Below are positions 41,361 to 54,700 of a stretch of DNA of 64,000 nt, in pieces (positions within the stretch are counted from its first letter, which is position 1; every line of letters starts with the position of its first letter). Made by a program: the position numbers and the translations under genes. This DNA is from Owenia fusiformis (taxonomy: Eukaryota): NCBI GenBank assembly GCA_903813345.2, contig CAIIXF020000001.1, positions 18,042,001 to 18,106,000 on the forward strand, given 5' to 3'. Below the pieces are notes generated by a model. The model was not told the DNA's origin and ran no database searches. It saw only the letters and a list, made by a program, of their open reading frames with translations.

Positions 41361-43238
41361 TATTTCTTTGGAGATTGCTATGGAGGAACAGGGAAGAATC
41401 CTAGTCTCAGATTATATAAATACTTTGAAAGACATCTCTATGTACATACCTCTACATCATCGCATCCTGGTGACATGTACCAACATTTGCAGAATCTCAA
41501 CTTTTGTATTGTTAGTAAAGGTATAGGTTAATCATTGGTGTGAGTCATGTTTCATCTACAATGTTGTGTTCAACCAAGTCAATGGAACTGAGAGACAAAA
41601 CATGATTATGTAATATCGTGTATACCTAGCATAACATACCTTGACTTGCTGTCTTAGTATGTCTCCATACTTCATATTTCTTCATAAAAGTGAAGGTAAA
41701 AAAGTGAACTACCTGACATTATAATAAGCGAATTACGAGGAACACAATGTTCTCATTTGACTGTAGAAGTAGAACTTGTAGACTAGATGTACTTGAAAGA
41801 TTTGGATTGAAAGGGTAACTAAAATATAGATGTGGATTCCACTGACATCATAAACAAGATTGTCCCTTTTAGGGAGACATTTACTGTATAACCGGGTAAA
41901 TGTGACAACATGTATTTAACTGTGCATTAAGGTACATGATGTCTCCCACCGTTGATATGATAAAGGGGTAAATATGTGCAAAATGAATGGTAAAGTGCGT
42001 TTCTCTGGTTTTAACATAGTGAGATGAAAAACAAAGAGACGCACGAGTTATATGTCAAAGTACGGAATTGACTTGTAAATAATTTCTTATTATGTCAAAG
42101 CTTAGATTGGTACCGGTCGGTTATTGTATACATATTGTATATTATAAAGGGATTGTATACAATAAGCGATCGCTAACAATAAATGGCTATGACCAGTTAT
42201 CAGGGATTTATAAAAAGTAACCATCATAATATATTACACATTTATTATATTGATATTATAACTAAAGGTAATAAAATCAGTACTCCCAATTATGTTATTT
42301 AAAGCTGTTTGGGGAAATAAGGTACAGTGTTGAAGTTGTTGTTGTCCAAAGGTTCGTGAATTATATCAGTTTTTTATGTGTGTTCTATAATATAATGATT
42401 TATTGGACTAAACTTACGTCCATATATTGTAAAATAAAATAACCTATTGGGAGCATGATATTCTAGAACCAATCTTGGAAGTCTTGTTTTTACAGATAAG
42501 GCTGGTTTGAAGATGAGTCTAGTTTAACATGCATTTACCAGAAAGATCATCCGTGTAAAAGTATTCGGAAAAAATACAAAAAATATATTTCACATTTGAC
42601 AAATACATTAATAGTAACTTATATGAACTACATTATACTAAACCTTATTCCATGAATTCGAGAACACAAAATCACAGTACATTGACCTTATCAATAGTTC
42701 TATGAGTAAATAATCTCTATTCATGATGAATATGTTCCTCTGTTATTACTTATATGAAATGATATTAAAGAAAAACAGATATTGTACAAGAGAGCAATCA
42801 TAAAGAACTAAGAATGTGTGAATAGCATACTTTGTTCTGATTCTATTGCATAGAGTATCCCAGTGATTCAATGGAATTTCAGAACAATGATAGCCCAAAT
42901 CATTTTCCCCAGTATACATTTGATCTTCAGTACACAGAAAGTATGGCAAAAAGTCTAAAGCAGATGTTAACTCCTGGACTGATTTGTATAGACCTTCTAT
43001 TTAACCATCATTCTTTTCGTGAGCTATCGTGCAATGTACTTCATGGTTACAGTATTTGGTCTTGTAAATAGATACCACTGTATGCTTTTGTGGTTTAAAT
43101 GTGCATGGTACAACGTAAAGTTACTTACAATCCAGGGTAAGGTGGTGAATTATTTGGTTTCCCGTGTTGTTCGTAGCCCAAAATAGTGAAGTCTTTACCA
43201 GCACAGTATTATTGTACATGTAAAAGTGTCATAATAAA
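41361..43238 (+). other. Probable Lox4 3'UTR region with alternative poly(A) signals
   Basis: AATAAA at 42178, 42270, 42433 and 43233 (also 43712). The true 3' end cannot be determined from sequence. Confidence 0.45.
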
Positions 43239-45335
43239 TGGTACATGCACTAATTCAATTATATTTGTTTTTCAATATGTCATTATTTGCAGAAGAGTTA
43301 TTTATTATAGTTCAGAGCTATCCCCGAAGTACATTGCTAAACAAGATCAGAGATCAATGATAGTTATACAGTCAGTACTGTGTATATATGAATGTGTATG
43401 CATTTATGCGTTTCAATTTGACCGTTGGTATGTCATATTATGAAGACTAGTGTCAAGACTAGGAAACCTGTTTTCAAAGAGGTTCATTGGTCATTGCTTG
43501 TGTTTTAAATTGGCATTTTAATGACAAGATTAACTCAAATATACGGCCTCGTTTTAATATTCTCCTTAACATTTGATAGGTTTTGATATTGAGTCACATA
43601 ACATTGAGTACCTCTCTGGTGCCACGGTACTGGTGCGCACTTACTTTCTCATTTATGTATGTGTATATAAACAAAAAACAATAACTTCAATACGATATCA
43701 CCTGTACCTTCAATAAATCTTTCGAGTCATTGGTTAGGAAATGTTAGGAATACATAATAGAGTTTGATGTTTGATTTGTCATGGCTGAGAAAATCGTCTC
43801 TGACGGTATTTATTGTGAATTCATTTCGATTCACAAGGTTTCAGTTGCTCTCTACCTCTTTGAATCCAGCGGAAAGCGACAGTGTCATTTGTTTTCTTAA
43901 ATGCTATTTGCGATTCCTTCGATATTGTCCGTTGTGTATTCTCATGATTTTACTTAAATGTTGAACAAAGATATGTAAATTATATAGATCAAACCAAATA
44001 TTAAGTAAATCTTGAGAAATACATGTATGTATGATCAACAAATAGATAGGTAAACTGAGTCCTACTGTATTTTCCGCTTTGAATCGTTGTTAACCCATGT
44101 TAATCAGATTTGCCATGGTTGATAAAATTGTTTTCTAACGGTAAGTACCACCAATTCATTTTGATTTCTCAGTATTACTGTTTGTCATAGAGACGTGTAC
44201 ACTATGCAAATTAAACATCAAGCGAATCCCAGAAGAATAAAAGACAAGATAGATGGATGAAATGAGGTTTCGTATTTTCTGCTTTGAACAGATGTCAACT
44301 GAAAACATAATTGTGGATGATATTTCTCTTTGCAAACAATTGTTGATGGAAGCATAATTTATTGTTTTCTGGGGTCATTTCCATTTCCATTAGATGATAC
44401 TTAGAACTTTGAATCTTAAATCATGCAGGAATTTGCGACTAAAATATAACAAAAGTCGTATGAGTATGAAGGAAATATTTACATCCATTTTTAGAGTCAA
44501 TTTACAGAACATTAACATTCAAATCTGATTATCTTACGAAGATTCAGTATTCCAAAGTCATGCGCGCAAAAAATATTAATGAACTTAGTGTAAATAATTG
44601 GGACGTAGCTTTTGTCGATGTGATGTGATACTTCAAGACTTAACCAATGAATCATTGGTTTGTGACTTAATTAAAGCACGATGTTATGATTAGTAGTTGA
44701 AACGAGGGTGATAGCCCGAGAGCAGAAGCTTATGTGCAAGGGAAAGAGCGCATTAAGCAGTTACAATTCATTGAGTCGGTGAACTTAATTTTTGAAGTAC
44801 ATAGCATCTACATTTTTAATAATACCATTTAGATAGTAACAATGTTTGAATACTGTTTTACTTTAAATCATGATTCCAAACCTCGTGGTACTCTTATGGA
44901 CTTTTAGAGTGGATCTTATCTGTTCCACATCAATCATTTGAGACTGTGACTGTGAAAACTAGTCTCTGCAAATATGGATGTCAAGAGTGGTGAAGATATA
45001 ATTGTTCATTTTCTTGGCGCTTTTAAGCATATGCATCGTACCACACAGATGTTTTTTGTAAAAAAACGTTCATTGGGGGTGCATCTTTCAATCCAAATGC
45101 ATACATGTTGCTAAAACAAGATAGAGTTAGAGATATAGAAGACATATTCAACAATGGGATTATATTTATTGCTATATACCTTTATAACCGTCTGGGGCAA
45201 ATTTACTTTTGTCTGGGAAAGTAAAACACCATCACTCTTCACAAAAAGATTCTAATAATAACACAATTCTTTTAACATACGCCATTTGTTTAAAAACCTT
45301 TTTCAACATTGTTTCATGAAAATTACAACATATTA

Positions 45336-46325
45336 CAGAGTGGGCCAATAAAAACGTCCATATTTTTAATTTTGTAATATCTTCGCTGTTATGTTAGATA
45401 TATCCATAAATTATATATCATTTGAAATATATTTCAATTTCCAACAAAGTGATGTATGATTCATAAATTATGAATGACTATTGGAAACTCCATGGTGTAG
45501 TGACAGTAGAAAACAACATTTCGCTATTTGTTTTGAGCTTAATACATAATATTACATTGCTTAATCAACACTTTTAGGCTTTTATATATGAATATGAGGT
45601 ATTGAAGTTGGGTTTTATTGTTTTTAAATCATTAAAATAATCATGGAACCCATTTTAATGCATTGTTAGTTTGTTATAAAGTAAGATTGTTACATAAATT
45701 GATATTTGCTTCAAACATGTTTTGCAGAGAAATTCAGTTGAACTTTTGCCATAACCCATGATATGGAATACATTTGCGCAATATGCTCTGCTGGTTCCTA
45801 TTATTGCATTGTCTGCCATTCAGAATGTCAGTTAAGTTAAGTTATATATAAGAACAACAGCATTATTGATCATTTCAGGCATTATCTCCAAAATATCTTG
45901 AAATGAGTAAATATTCAACTATTTGATGCGGATTTATCCGCTGTATAATATTACCAATACCTATCAAAATGGTAAAAGAACTCAAAAGTATTGTATTTTG
46001 AAGGTCAAGATTGTTGATTTGTGTATCAAATGAAAGAAAATTATTAATTTCCAATAGAATTATATCCCCAAAGCTGACACAGGGGTCATATCTGTCTGGT
46101 CAGTTTTTAGCATTCCGTCTTCAGCAATCAGTATATCATTATTTTGACCCATGTGGTAACGTTATTTTAAAACAAATATTTATTTATGTGAAATGAATTA
46201 TATATCATTTTGTTGGAAATTGAATTGTTTTTCCGATGATATATGATTTAAACATTTGTCTGTAATACAAGTATTAAAAATGCTGTAGCAAAAACAAAAA
46301 TATGGACGTTTTTTGGCCCAGCCTG
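45336..46325. mobile_element. Tc1/mariner-type MITE (990 bp, TA TSD)
   Basis: TA|CAGAGTGGGCCAATAAAAACGTCCATATTTTT versus AAAAATATGGACGTTTTTTGGCCCAGCCTG|TA. Degenerate inverted homology extends about 130 bp (TTCAATTTCCAACAAA / TTTGTTGGAAATTGAA). Confidence 0.85.
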
Positions 46326-48714
46326 TATATGCTTCTTTATGATATGATTTCAAAGATTGAGATTGCAAACAGTTTATTTTACATTTGAGATATTGGATAA
46401 GATGAGTTTTCCAGTATTTACATGTGTGCATGGGCCCAACGAGACTATAATGAAAAAAATGAATATATTGAAAATATCTCCTTATTTTTAATTAGTTATA
46501 TTTTGGTATATCATGAAGTTACATATAAGTTTGATAACAATACAGATCTTATATGTTAAAACGTTACGCATACAATAAGATACTAGATACCTTTGTATAT
46601 ATGCTAATCAGAAGAGCGCCGATTCTAGCAAAGTATTGAAGAGAATGCATTATAAAATATTCAATCTGAAAACACTATCTCTTCATTTATAACAATTCCC
46701 ATGAAGGAAATTGTTCACTGATTGTCAGGAACTTTTTTTAACAAAACTTTGTGTGGATATTATGTACTTTTACATTGAGAACATTGAGTACAGATATCTA
46801 TTTTTCACATGTCTCTCTTAATTACTGCGCCTTTTGATGATCTTCTAACTGAAAAAAAGTTTTGCCAATTTATTGCAAATTCCCCAAAGATTTCAACTAC
46901 ACGTCATATACCATATCTGTTGCTGAGTGGTCTGTTGAGGACATGCCTTGAATAGGAGCATCGAATTGGGTGCATATCCATTGAATGGTTATGATTTATC
47001 ATTTAGCCATCACTCCACTCCATCCCGTTTGAGCTGTTCAAACGTTGGCTACACACGGTACACACTCTCTCGTGAATTGTCCAGATTTAGTTATTATCGT
47101 TTTTTAAAAATGTTTGTTAAAGTACAACAAAAAATTTGTTTGTTTTGAGTTTTACTTTTTGTAATTTATCGGATGGGTTATTTCTAGTGTTCAAAAATAA
47201 CAATTTTCGCACCGTATTTCGATGAACACAAAACAATACGAGATAGCCGAAGTTGGAACTCACCAATTACCATTAACTTACATTTTTGGAAAGGTTGCAA
47301 TTTGATCAGTATTTCTGAGAATTATATTGATTACATCAAATTAAAGTGCATCAATACTTTAACAGTTCAATCGATGAAACGTAATTGTTTATTTTAAACC
47401 ATGATTTAAAATAAATTGCAATGTTATGAAAACAACAATGTTACGACCTTTTACAAAACAAATGATCCATTTTAAATCTAAATGCCATACACTGTAGGTT
47501 CATTAAAATTGAGAGAAATTACTAATAATTATGTTTAAATATCACTTGACAGACGTGTGTGATAGTGAGTTGGGACATAGTTATGCAACCCATTTGTAAG
47601 GTTGTAACAGATTCAGGTTGACCAAAGTTATATTCCAATCCTTATTAGAAGTCAAACACCATCCTCATATCTTTGGTTTGGTGTGATGGTTTTTGTGTTA
47701 TTTGGTAGGTTGATCAAAATTGCATTCAGTTTTAAGCTAAATACTCATCGACCAGGTGCTGTTGTTGAAGATTGGAGTAAATGTACCATGGCATGACAGG
47801 TTGCTACTGGTTATTTCTTGGTTTGATTCTAGTTCGATTAAAGCTGATGGTAGGTTGAGATAGCACTGTTTTGAAGAACGTGTACGTGAAACGTGTAAAC
47901 ATGGTCACCTATGATATATTTTCACCTCACTGGTCTATATTAACCCGATTGAGTATGAGGGTGTGTGAGGTAAAAAATTGTCAGAAAGTCCCGTTTTAAC
48001 CAATTCAGAGATTGACAACAATTACCAGGGGTCATAGAATTGCACGTTTACGTTAAAGTTCTCTCAAATGCGTGTAACTTAACCTCGTTATAGCTTTCTT
48101 CAGACGTTGTCAAAGTGATTTCTCATAAAGGAAAGTTGATATTAAAAATCAACCAACTTGATTTGTATGCTAGCCCACTGCATGTCAATAAAACGCGCAT
48201 TGGGATGATGTCTTACTCAGAGATAACACTATCATGGCAGAATGCAGAAAAACACTGGTTGACATCTGAATCAGTTTTCACGTTTTCACATGTTACAGAA
48301 GCCAATATTGGAAAAGGTACAGAATAGAACAAAACTTTGTAGTTCCTGAGTAATGACACTGCTGAGTGATTTATAGATAAGAACCATTCTTTAGTCAGGG
48401 AAATATGCATACATACAAAGGTGAACGTCTTGCAATAAATCAAACATGTTTGTCAGTTACCTTGGGACCTTTAGGATTACCCGGTAACGGTGACTGAGTA
48501 CAATGGCTTATTCTTTGTTATAATTGCAACACAAATAATTGAAACAATGCAACATTTTACAAATACAATTCCAATCGTTATTGGTAGCTTAACACTAACG
48601 AGTCTTGGTTAAAAGCTATGCCTCTCTAAATATAGCACCGTATTTAGGAGATATGTAATTTAGACTACACAACATCATAAGCAATGTTTATTGACTTGCA
48701 TCAATTCTCTAGTA

Positions 48715-48741
48715 CAGGGTAACACAAAAAACGCCACCCTG
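48715..48741. mobile_element. 27-bp collapsed Tc1/mariner-type remnant
   Basis: TA|CAGGGTAACACAAAAAACGCCACCCTG|TA. The left half matches the TIR-like CAGGGTGACACAAAAA seen in reverse at 63206-63221. Confidence 0.55.
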
Positions 48742-51700
48742 TATATCCCAACTTCATTTGAGGAGAGAGATGTAAACGTAATTGTAAACGAGCTAGCGCA
48801 AGAACATCAAACTTCACCCACAAACCATCCTAAATACAATTAATGATTAAACCAAGACCACAGAAGCTATGTTTTCCAAAGAACAATGTCCAAGTGTTCA
48901 ATTCTTTGAGTTATGTTGATAGTCCTTGACGTTTTTATCAGATTTACTTTGATACAGGAATTGTCTGCACTTTTAATGGCATTGCACCAAACAATCTACC
49001 ACGAAAAGACCTTCATGTCGATGTTAAGGCGTTTGATAAATGTATTTATTTCATTATCATCGCATTGCAAACGAAACAGATGATAATATGGCACACCACA
49101 TTGATTGCGACCGAGTGAAACGGAAGTACTTTCCCATTTATTAATAATACTCTGTTTACCATGAGTGCATATCGTGTCCTGGTCAAAGCCCTAGTTGTTT
49201 GTGTCTTTGAACATCTCATCAATTCCAAGGTCCATACGGCCTTCAAAAACCACATCTCAATCAGTCAATGTTGTTTTCAATGTCGATGTATAGAACTGTC
49301 TAGATCAAAGTAACCAGGATCTAAGTGTTATCCGGGTACAGCTAATGGTTATTGAAATGATGAATTTGCAAGTTTCCATTTCTGTAGCCAAGTTATCAAG
49401 ATGGGAATCTGCTTCGTGTAGGTGGATCAAGATGGTGAACTCTTGCGTTGACAATGGGCTTGTTTATGGGATGCACCACGGAAGTACCTAAAAGCAAATG
49501 TAAGTATATGTTAGACACGCATGGACTAATTACATTTAATGTTTGACCATAATCATTTCGAGTCATTAGAACGTATCTCAGGTGATAGCTCCCACAAACT
49601 GGAACACAACGAGCGTGCAGTCGCTCTATTAGACACCAACATTACGGTTGCATTGCCATTTAAATGACCCATTCCGACCAGCATGTTTCCATTTTATTCA
49701 TGAACAATTTATAAAAAATGATACACCTACAGGAGCGTCACAGAAACTTTTCAAAAGTATACTTCTATGAAGAAAATTAAAGTTGCAGCATTTGGATAAA
49801 AATCAACATATCCTAAGCTCGATTTTAAACTATAAATCAATACATGACCTGAATATTTTACATTTTGAATATGCCCTTGGTAACTATTTCCATGTGTTTT
49901 TGTCAATGAATATATAATTCAATCACGTCCCTCAATTGTGATTGGCATATCGAAGATATTATTTTATTGGTCATCGATATCTTATGCTCCATTAGCTTCT
50001 AGGGTAGGAGCGATCTTATAAGGGAAAAATGAATGCATCAATAATCAATAATATAATCCCGTGTTTAAATGAACATATTTTTGCAAAGAAAGCAAGAACT
50101 AAATAACAGTAGATTATATATTGTTTTTAATAAATATATTCAGATAACCATACGAGACTAATGAATAAAACACATGGAGATAAATCATCTGATCAATACA
50201 ATTGATTAAGTGAAGATATATCTGATTATTTATGCATTGATAAACCGATTATTGTATTACCTTTATAGAAGTTTCCCGTCACCTTATCGATACCTTGAAA
50301 CCCAGACACCTTGAATATGTTTTATTGCAATAACCTATTTTATTTTATGGGAGATTAAAACGTAATTATTCTTATGTTGTTTGTTTTATTGAATATAACG
50401 CATCATTTGATTTGTCATTACAAAATGGCAATTAATTAAATAATCTGTTTGCAAATCTCTTTTGAGGTAAAAAGCTAACCAAGCCGCGGTGGATATTCAT
50501 TGACATGTTGTATTGGCGATTCCAGCAAAAACGTAAATCTACGTCAGCTATGTCCGACTTGATCGTTAGTTCAGTGTACGTTTATAGCCGGCTGTTCAGA
50601 AATGTGCAGTACTCATTCATAATATGCATATCTCATGAAAAAAGTATATCTAACCTTCAACATAGCTATTAATAGATCATATACTAATGCCAAGAAAAAG
50701 GCCAAGAAAACTGCGAACATTTTACCAAACAACAGTGACGACGTCGGCAGATTTACACCATGTTGTTTTTGTTTATTTATATTTTAGCAGTTGAATCTTT
50801 TACGCGTTTGTTGCTGTTAATTGCCTTAAATGTAGGCTGAGTGGAATGGCATTTGTAACTATTAGGACAGGCGTACCTCGTTTCTATTTTACATTTTACC
50901 ATTTTACACCCAATGCAAATACATATTGTATCGAGGAAAACAAGTGATGAAAATACAAGAACATCAACCCACTCGTTGAACTTATTTCCCGTGAGCGATG
51001 ACTTGAAGCTAATACATTAAGGTTTTCTAATCAACCAAATTAACTTTTGAACACACACTGAGGAAACGAATCAATACAGGATTTCTGGGTCGGACTTTGT
51101 GCACAAAATAAATAAAAAATGAAATAATTTATTAGAACCAATTTTGACCTTACACCACATTAGGTAAACGTTAATCCCTAATATCATTTGACAGATGTTT
51201 GTGATCCCGACATATTTACGCAACCAATTTGACATGGTAAAACAGGCTCAAGGCGACAGAAATGTTGAATGATTTATTCACTTGGGTTAGCTAATGCCAT
51301 TTGTATGGTTAAATGGGTTTAAGTATTTTCAGAGATTTTTCATGTTTTTCACTTGAAAAAACTGAATCGCAAAGTCATTCAGTTTGTCGATTTGTTGAAC
51401 TCCTATGGCTTGCTCCCTTTATGGCACATGGCAGGGATGATATTTGTTCGATGGTTTCTGTTCGAAAACGTATGGTATGGTGTATTCTCAGATTAATACA
51501 ATAATGAGAAACTAGAAACGGATTCTGTTAAGTTAAACAAGAAGAACGGTTGTCTAAACTTAAATCTCCAATGTTCTAGCTCCTTTCGTACTTCACGTGG
51601 TTTACTCTATTTATCGGAATGTTTATGAACAAATGAGGACAATATTTGGGATAATTGAGTGATTACTTGTAGTTTTACAGCATATAACACTGTGCTTTTT

Positions 51701-54700
51701 GGTTTTATTGTTCGGTGCTATTTATAAGGGTTTCTATGTTTATCTTCTTCAAAGTATACCCCTTGAACTATCTGATCAATTGAACAGTAACTCAGTTCAG
51801 AATTCACATTCAGCAATACACAAATACCGAGGTATTTTATATACCTGTTCCATTTAAAAGTAAGATATCATTCTTATGGACCCTCTAGAAGCGAATCATT
51901 ATTTCTGCTTCAATATTAATGATAATGAAGCTAGTATGTATGATATCTTTGTGATTTGAGAGAGGATTGTGATTTTATAGCAGCTCGGCTTTGTACAAAG
52001 GTGTCACTTTAACGTCGGACAATTGCTTCCTGATTTACGAGGATTTGAGACAATGCTCATAATTGCCATTTTCGCCCGTGGATGGCCTCATTTTTATTGA
52101 AGCAATTTGTTGGAAGAATTCGTTTAGGCTTAAATGTATTATCAGCTTAACCATTTCAAATTGGGGATCGGAACAACAGAATCTATTTTTATGTCGACAG
52201 TTTCCAGCATTTTCACATCTTCTTGATCAAATCAATTTCTATTTAATGTCTGGAAGATATCAGTTATCAGATCACTCAAAGATCAATTGATAATTTTTTG
52301 GTGGGTGTTTTTATGTCCTTAGGATGACTGCATTCAGAAAGAAATTCACGTTCATTTTTCGCTATTTGAATTAACGTAGAGATGACTCGAATGTACAGTA
52401 TATTGAACAACCCAAATACTACTATCTTCCCGTTTTATCGCCAGTACCATGCATGTAAGCTATTTCGACCCTCCACTCCTATTGAAGGATATGGTACTAA
52501 TGTTCACAAGCGTGTGACAAAATGCTCGGGTCACACTAAGGAAACAATGCCACCAAAATAGATGAAATTCTAATAAAATATAACGTTGAATGCATCTATC
52601 ATAGCTTTCTGTGTATATCAACATGGTATTGTGCTACATAAAAAGTTTGTAATTGATGTTGTCATTCTCAGATTAGAGCCTGATCTTTTGATTAACAAGA
52701 TTCGGGTTTACATTGAGTTTCTCAAAGCTCGTGATAATTCACACGACCCTCTATCAAGGTGGAGTTAAGATGAGCAATCATTAGATATTGTAAAGAAAGT
52801 CATACTCCAGCCGTGACGAATTATGGCAATTGTAATGGTTCTATCTACTCTCTGTCATTCTAGGCGTGTCACTATCTAAAGATGCATACATAAATAGCAT
52901 ATAGAGTTATAGACCACCTATAACTATATCGTATTGTTATACTAATGATGCTCTTTAGGTCAAGCTGTTGTTATGTAAATCAACTATCTCCTGTGTGGGA
53001 ATCCGCATTTCAGCATCCTGCAAATTATAGACAAATCTTGACACTAAAATAAACGAATATTTTCACATGAAAAAATAATTTTAAGAAATGGAAACACATA
53101 AAAATCTCCCTTATACAAGAGACTATGGGCATCTCGTTTGTAAAATATATTAATGATTAACTCAAGTAAAGGTAGATGAAAAGTGTATACCGATGGTGCT
53201 ACCATAAAGATCTTCAGATTGACTGAGTGCCTTGAATGGTTAGGTAAACTGTAACAAGAGGCATGGACTTGGAAGATCAAAGGAACCGCCACTGGAGAAC
53301 AATTGTTTCGCTAACAGAGGGTCAGTCTTGGGTCAATCATAGATATCCTCTCTGTATAACAGTTAGTGGTTGCCATAATTTAAATACCTCAACGTTTGAT
53401 CTTAGTTTTTAGTCTCTGACATGCATGTATATAATTGTATTGTGTATGTACACTGTGCACTTCCGCAAAGGCGACTCAAGATTTTTATAGTGCATCAAAG
53501 TAAAACGTTTGGTCAATCTAGTGCAGTTGTGGAAACGTTTTATAGATGCTTTCGAATGATAAGTGACATGAATTGCAAAGTCTTTGATCTACTTACTTTA
53601 CATTGAACACTCATACTCGAAAAAAAATATTTGCTCGTTTTGTTTTTAGTTTTAAATCATATCTATAGCACACGTATGTGATCGTTGATACCTTTAAATT
53701 GATATTTTTATTTGGCAAACTAGTTAATTGCGCCTATTAATGCAACTAACTCCGATTATAAAAAAAACATTTTAGACATTATGACTCTGACAATAGAACT
53801 CATAAGTCAACAAGGATAGTGTTTTATTGACTGTAGTGTTCGAGTACTATATCAAGTCTGTATTGGATGAAGAGATAAGTCGTGTCATAATTCAAGTATT
53901 TAGTGTTAAACCCGCGCATTGCAATCAAATATATTATGCAAACATAAACAACAGTTCATGATTTCGAGAAACAATTGGGAACCCTTCAAATGAATTCAGT
54001 GTTTCCAATCGCATGTTTAGGTCACAGTTAGCAATAAAACACTGGAGAATCTCAAGTTTAACAGGATGCTATAAACGGCCTCAAGTTGATCGACTGATGA
54101 CCTCTGCTACACGATGGCCACCAGAACAACCCGACATCTATCGAAATATTTTAAGTTAATCCGAAACAAGTGAAAGTGAGTGTCCGATTTTTGATAAAGT
54201 TTTTGTCATTTTATTGAACTATTTTATTTCCCATGTCGTTAATAATCGATATGATTTATTTCTAGAATATTCAGATGAAGGGAATTCCCGATTTCCTTAA
54301 TGTTGATACCGATAAAAAATATATCATTTGAACCATTTTAATTAACGAATCGTACCTATTGTTTATGTATTGTCTATTTATACTTACTCAATTATTAAAA
54401 CAACATCGTGACACAAATGACTGCAAATATTAGGACATTTTTGCACTTTTGAACGTTTCGTAATGTGTACCTATAAAAACAGGATAATATATTGAAACTT
54501 TGAACACACCTGCGGAGTATATTACGGTAATCATCAGCAGACATGCTACCCCCAAAGGATGATAAATAACGACCTTTCCCTTTATTGATTTTTCGTTAAT
54601 TTCAAATCTTCATGGTTCAATCGAAATTTACATTTACTCTGCTTTTCAATGACAGTTGGCTCTCCCTTGAATTCATATTTTAACGTTCAAGATGGGACAT

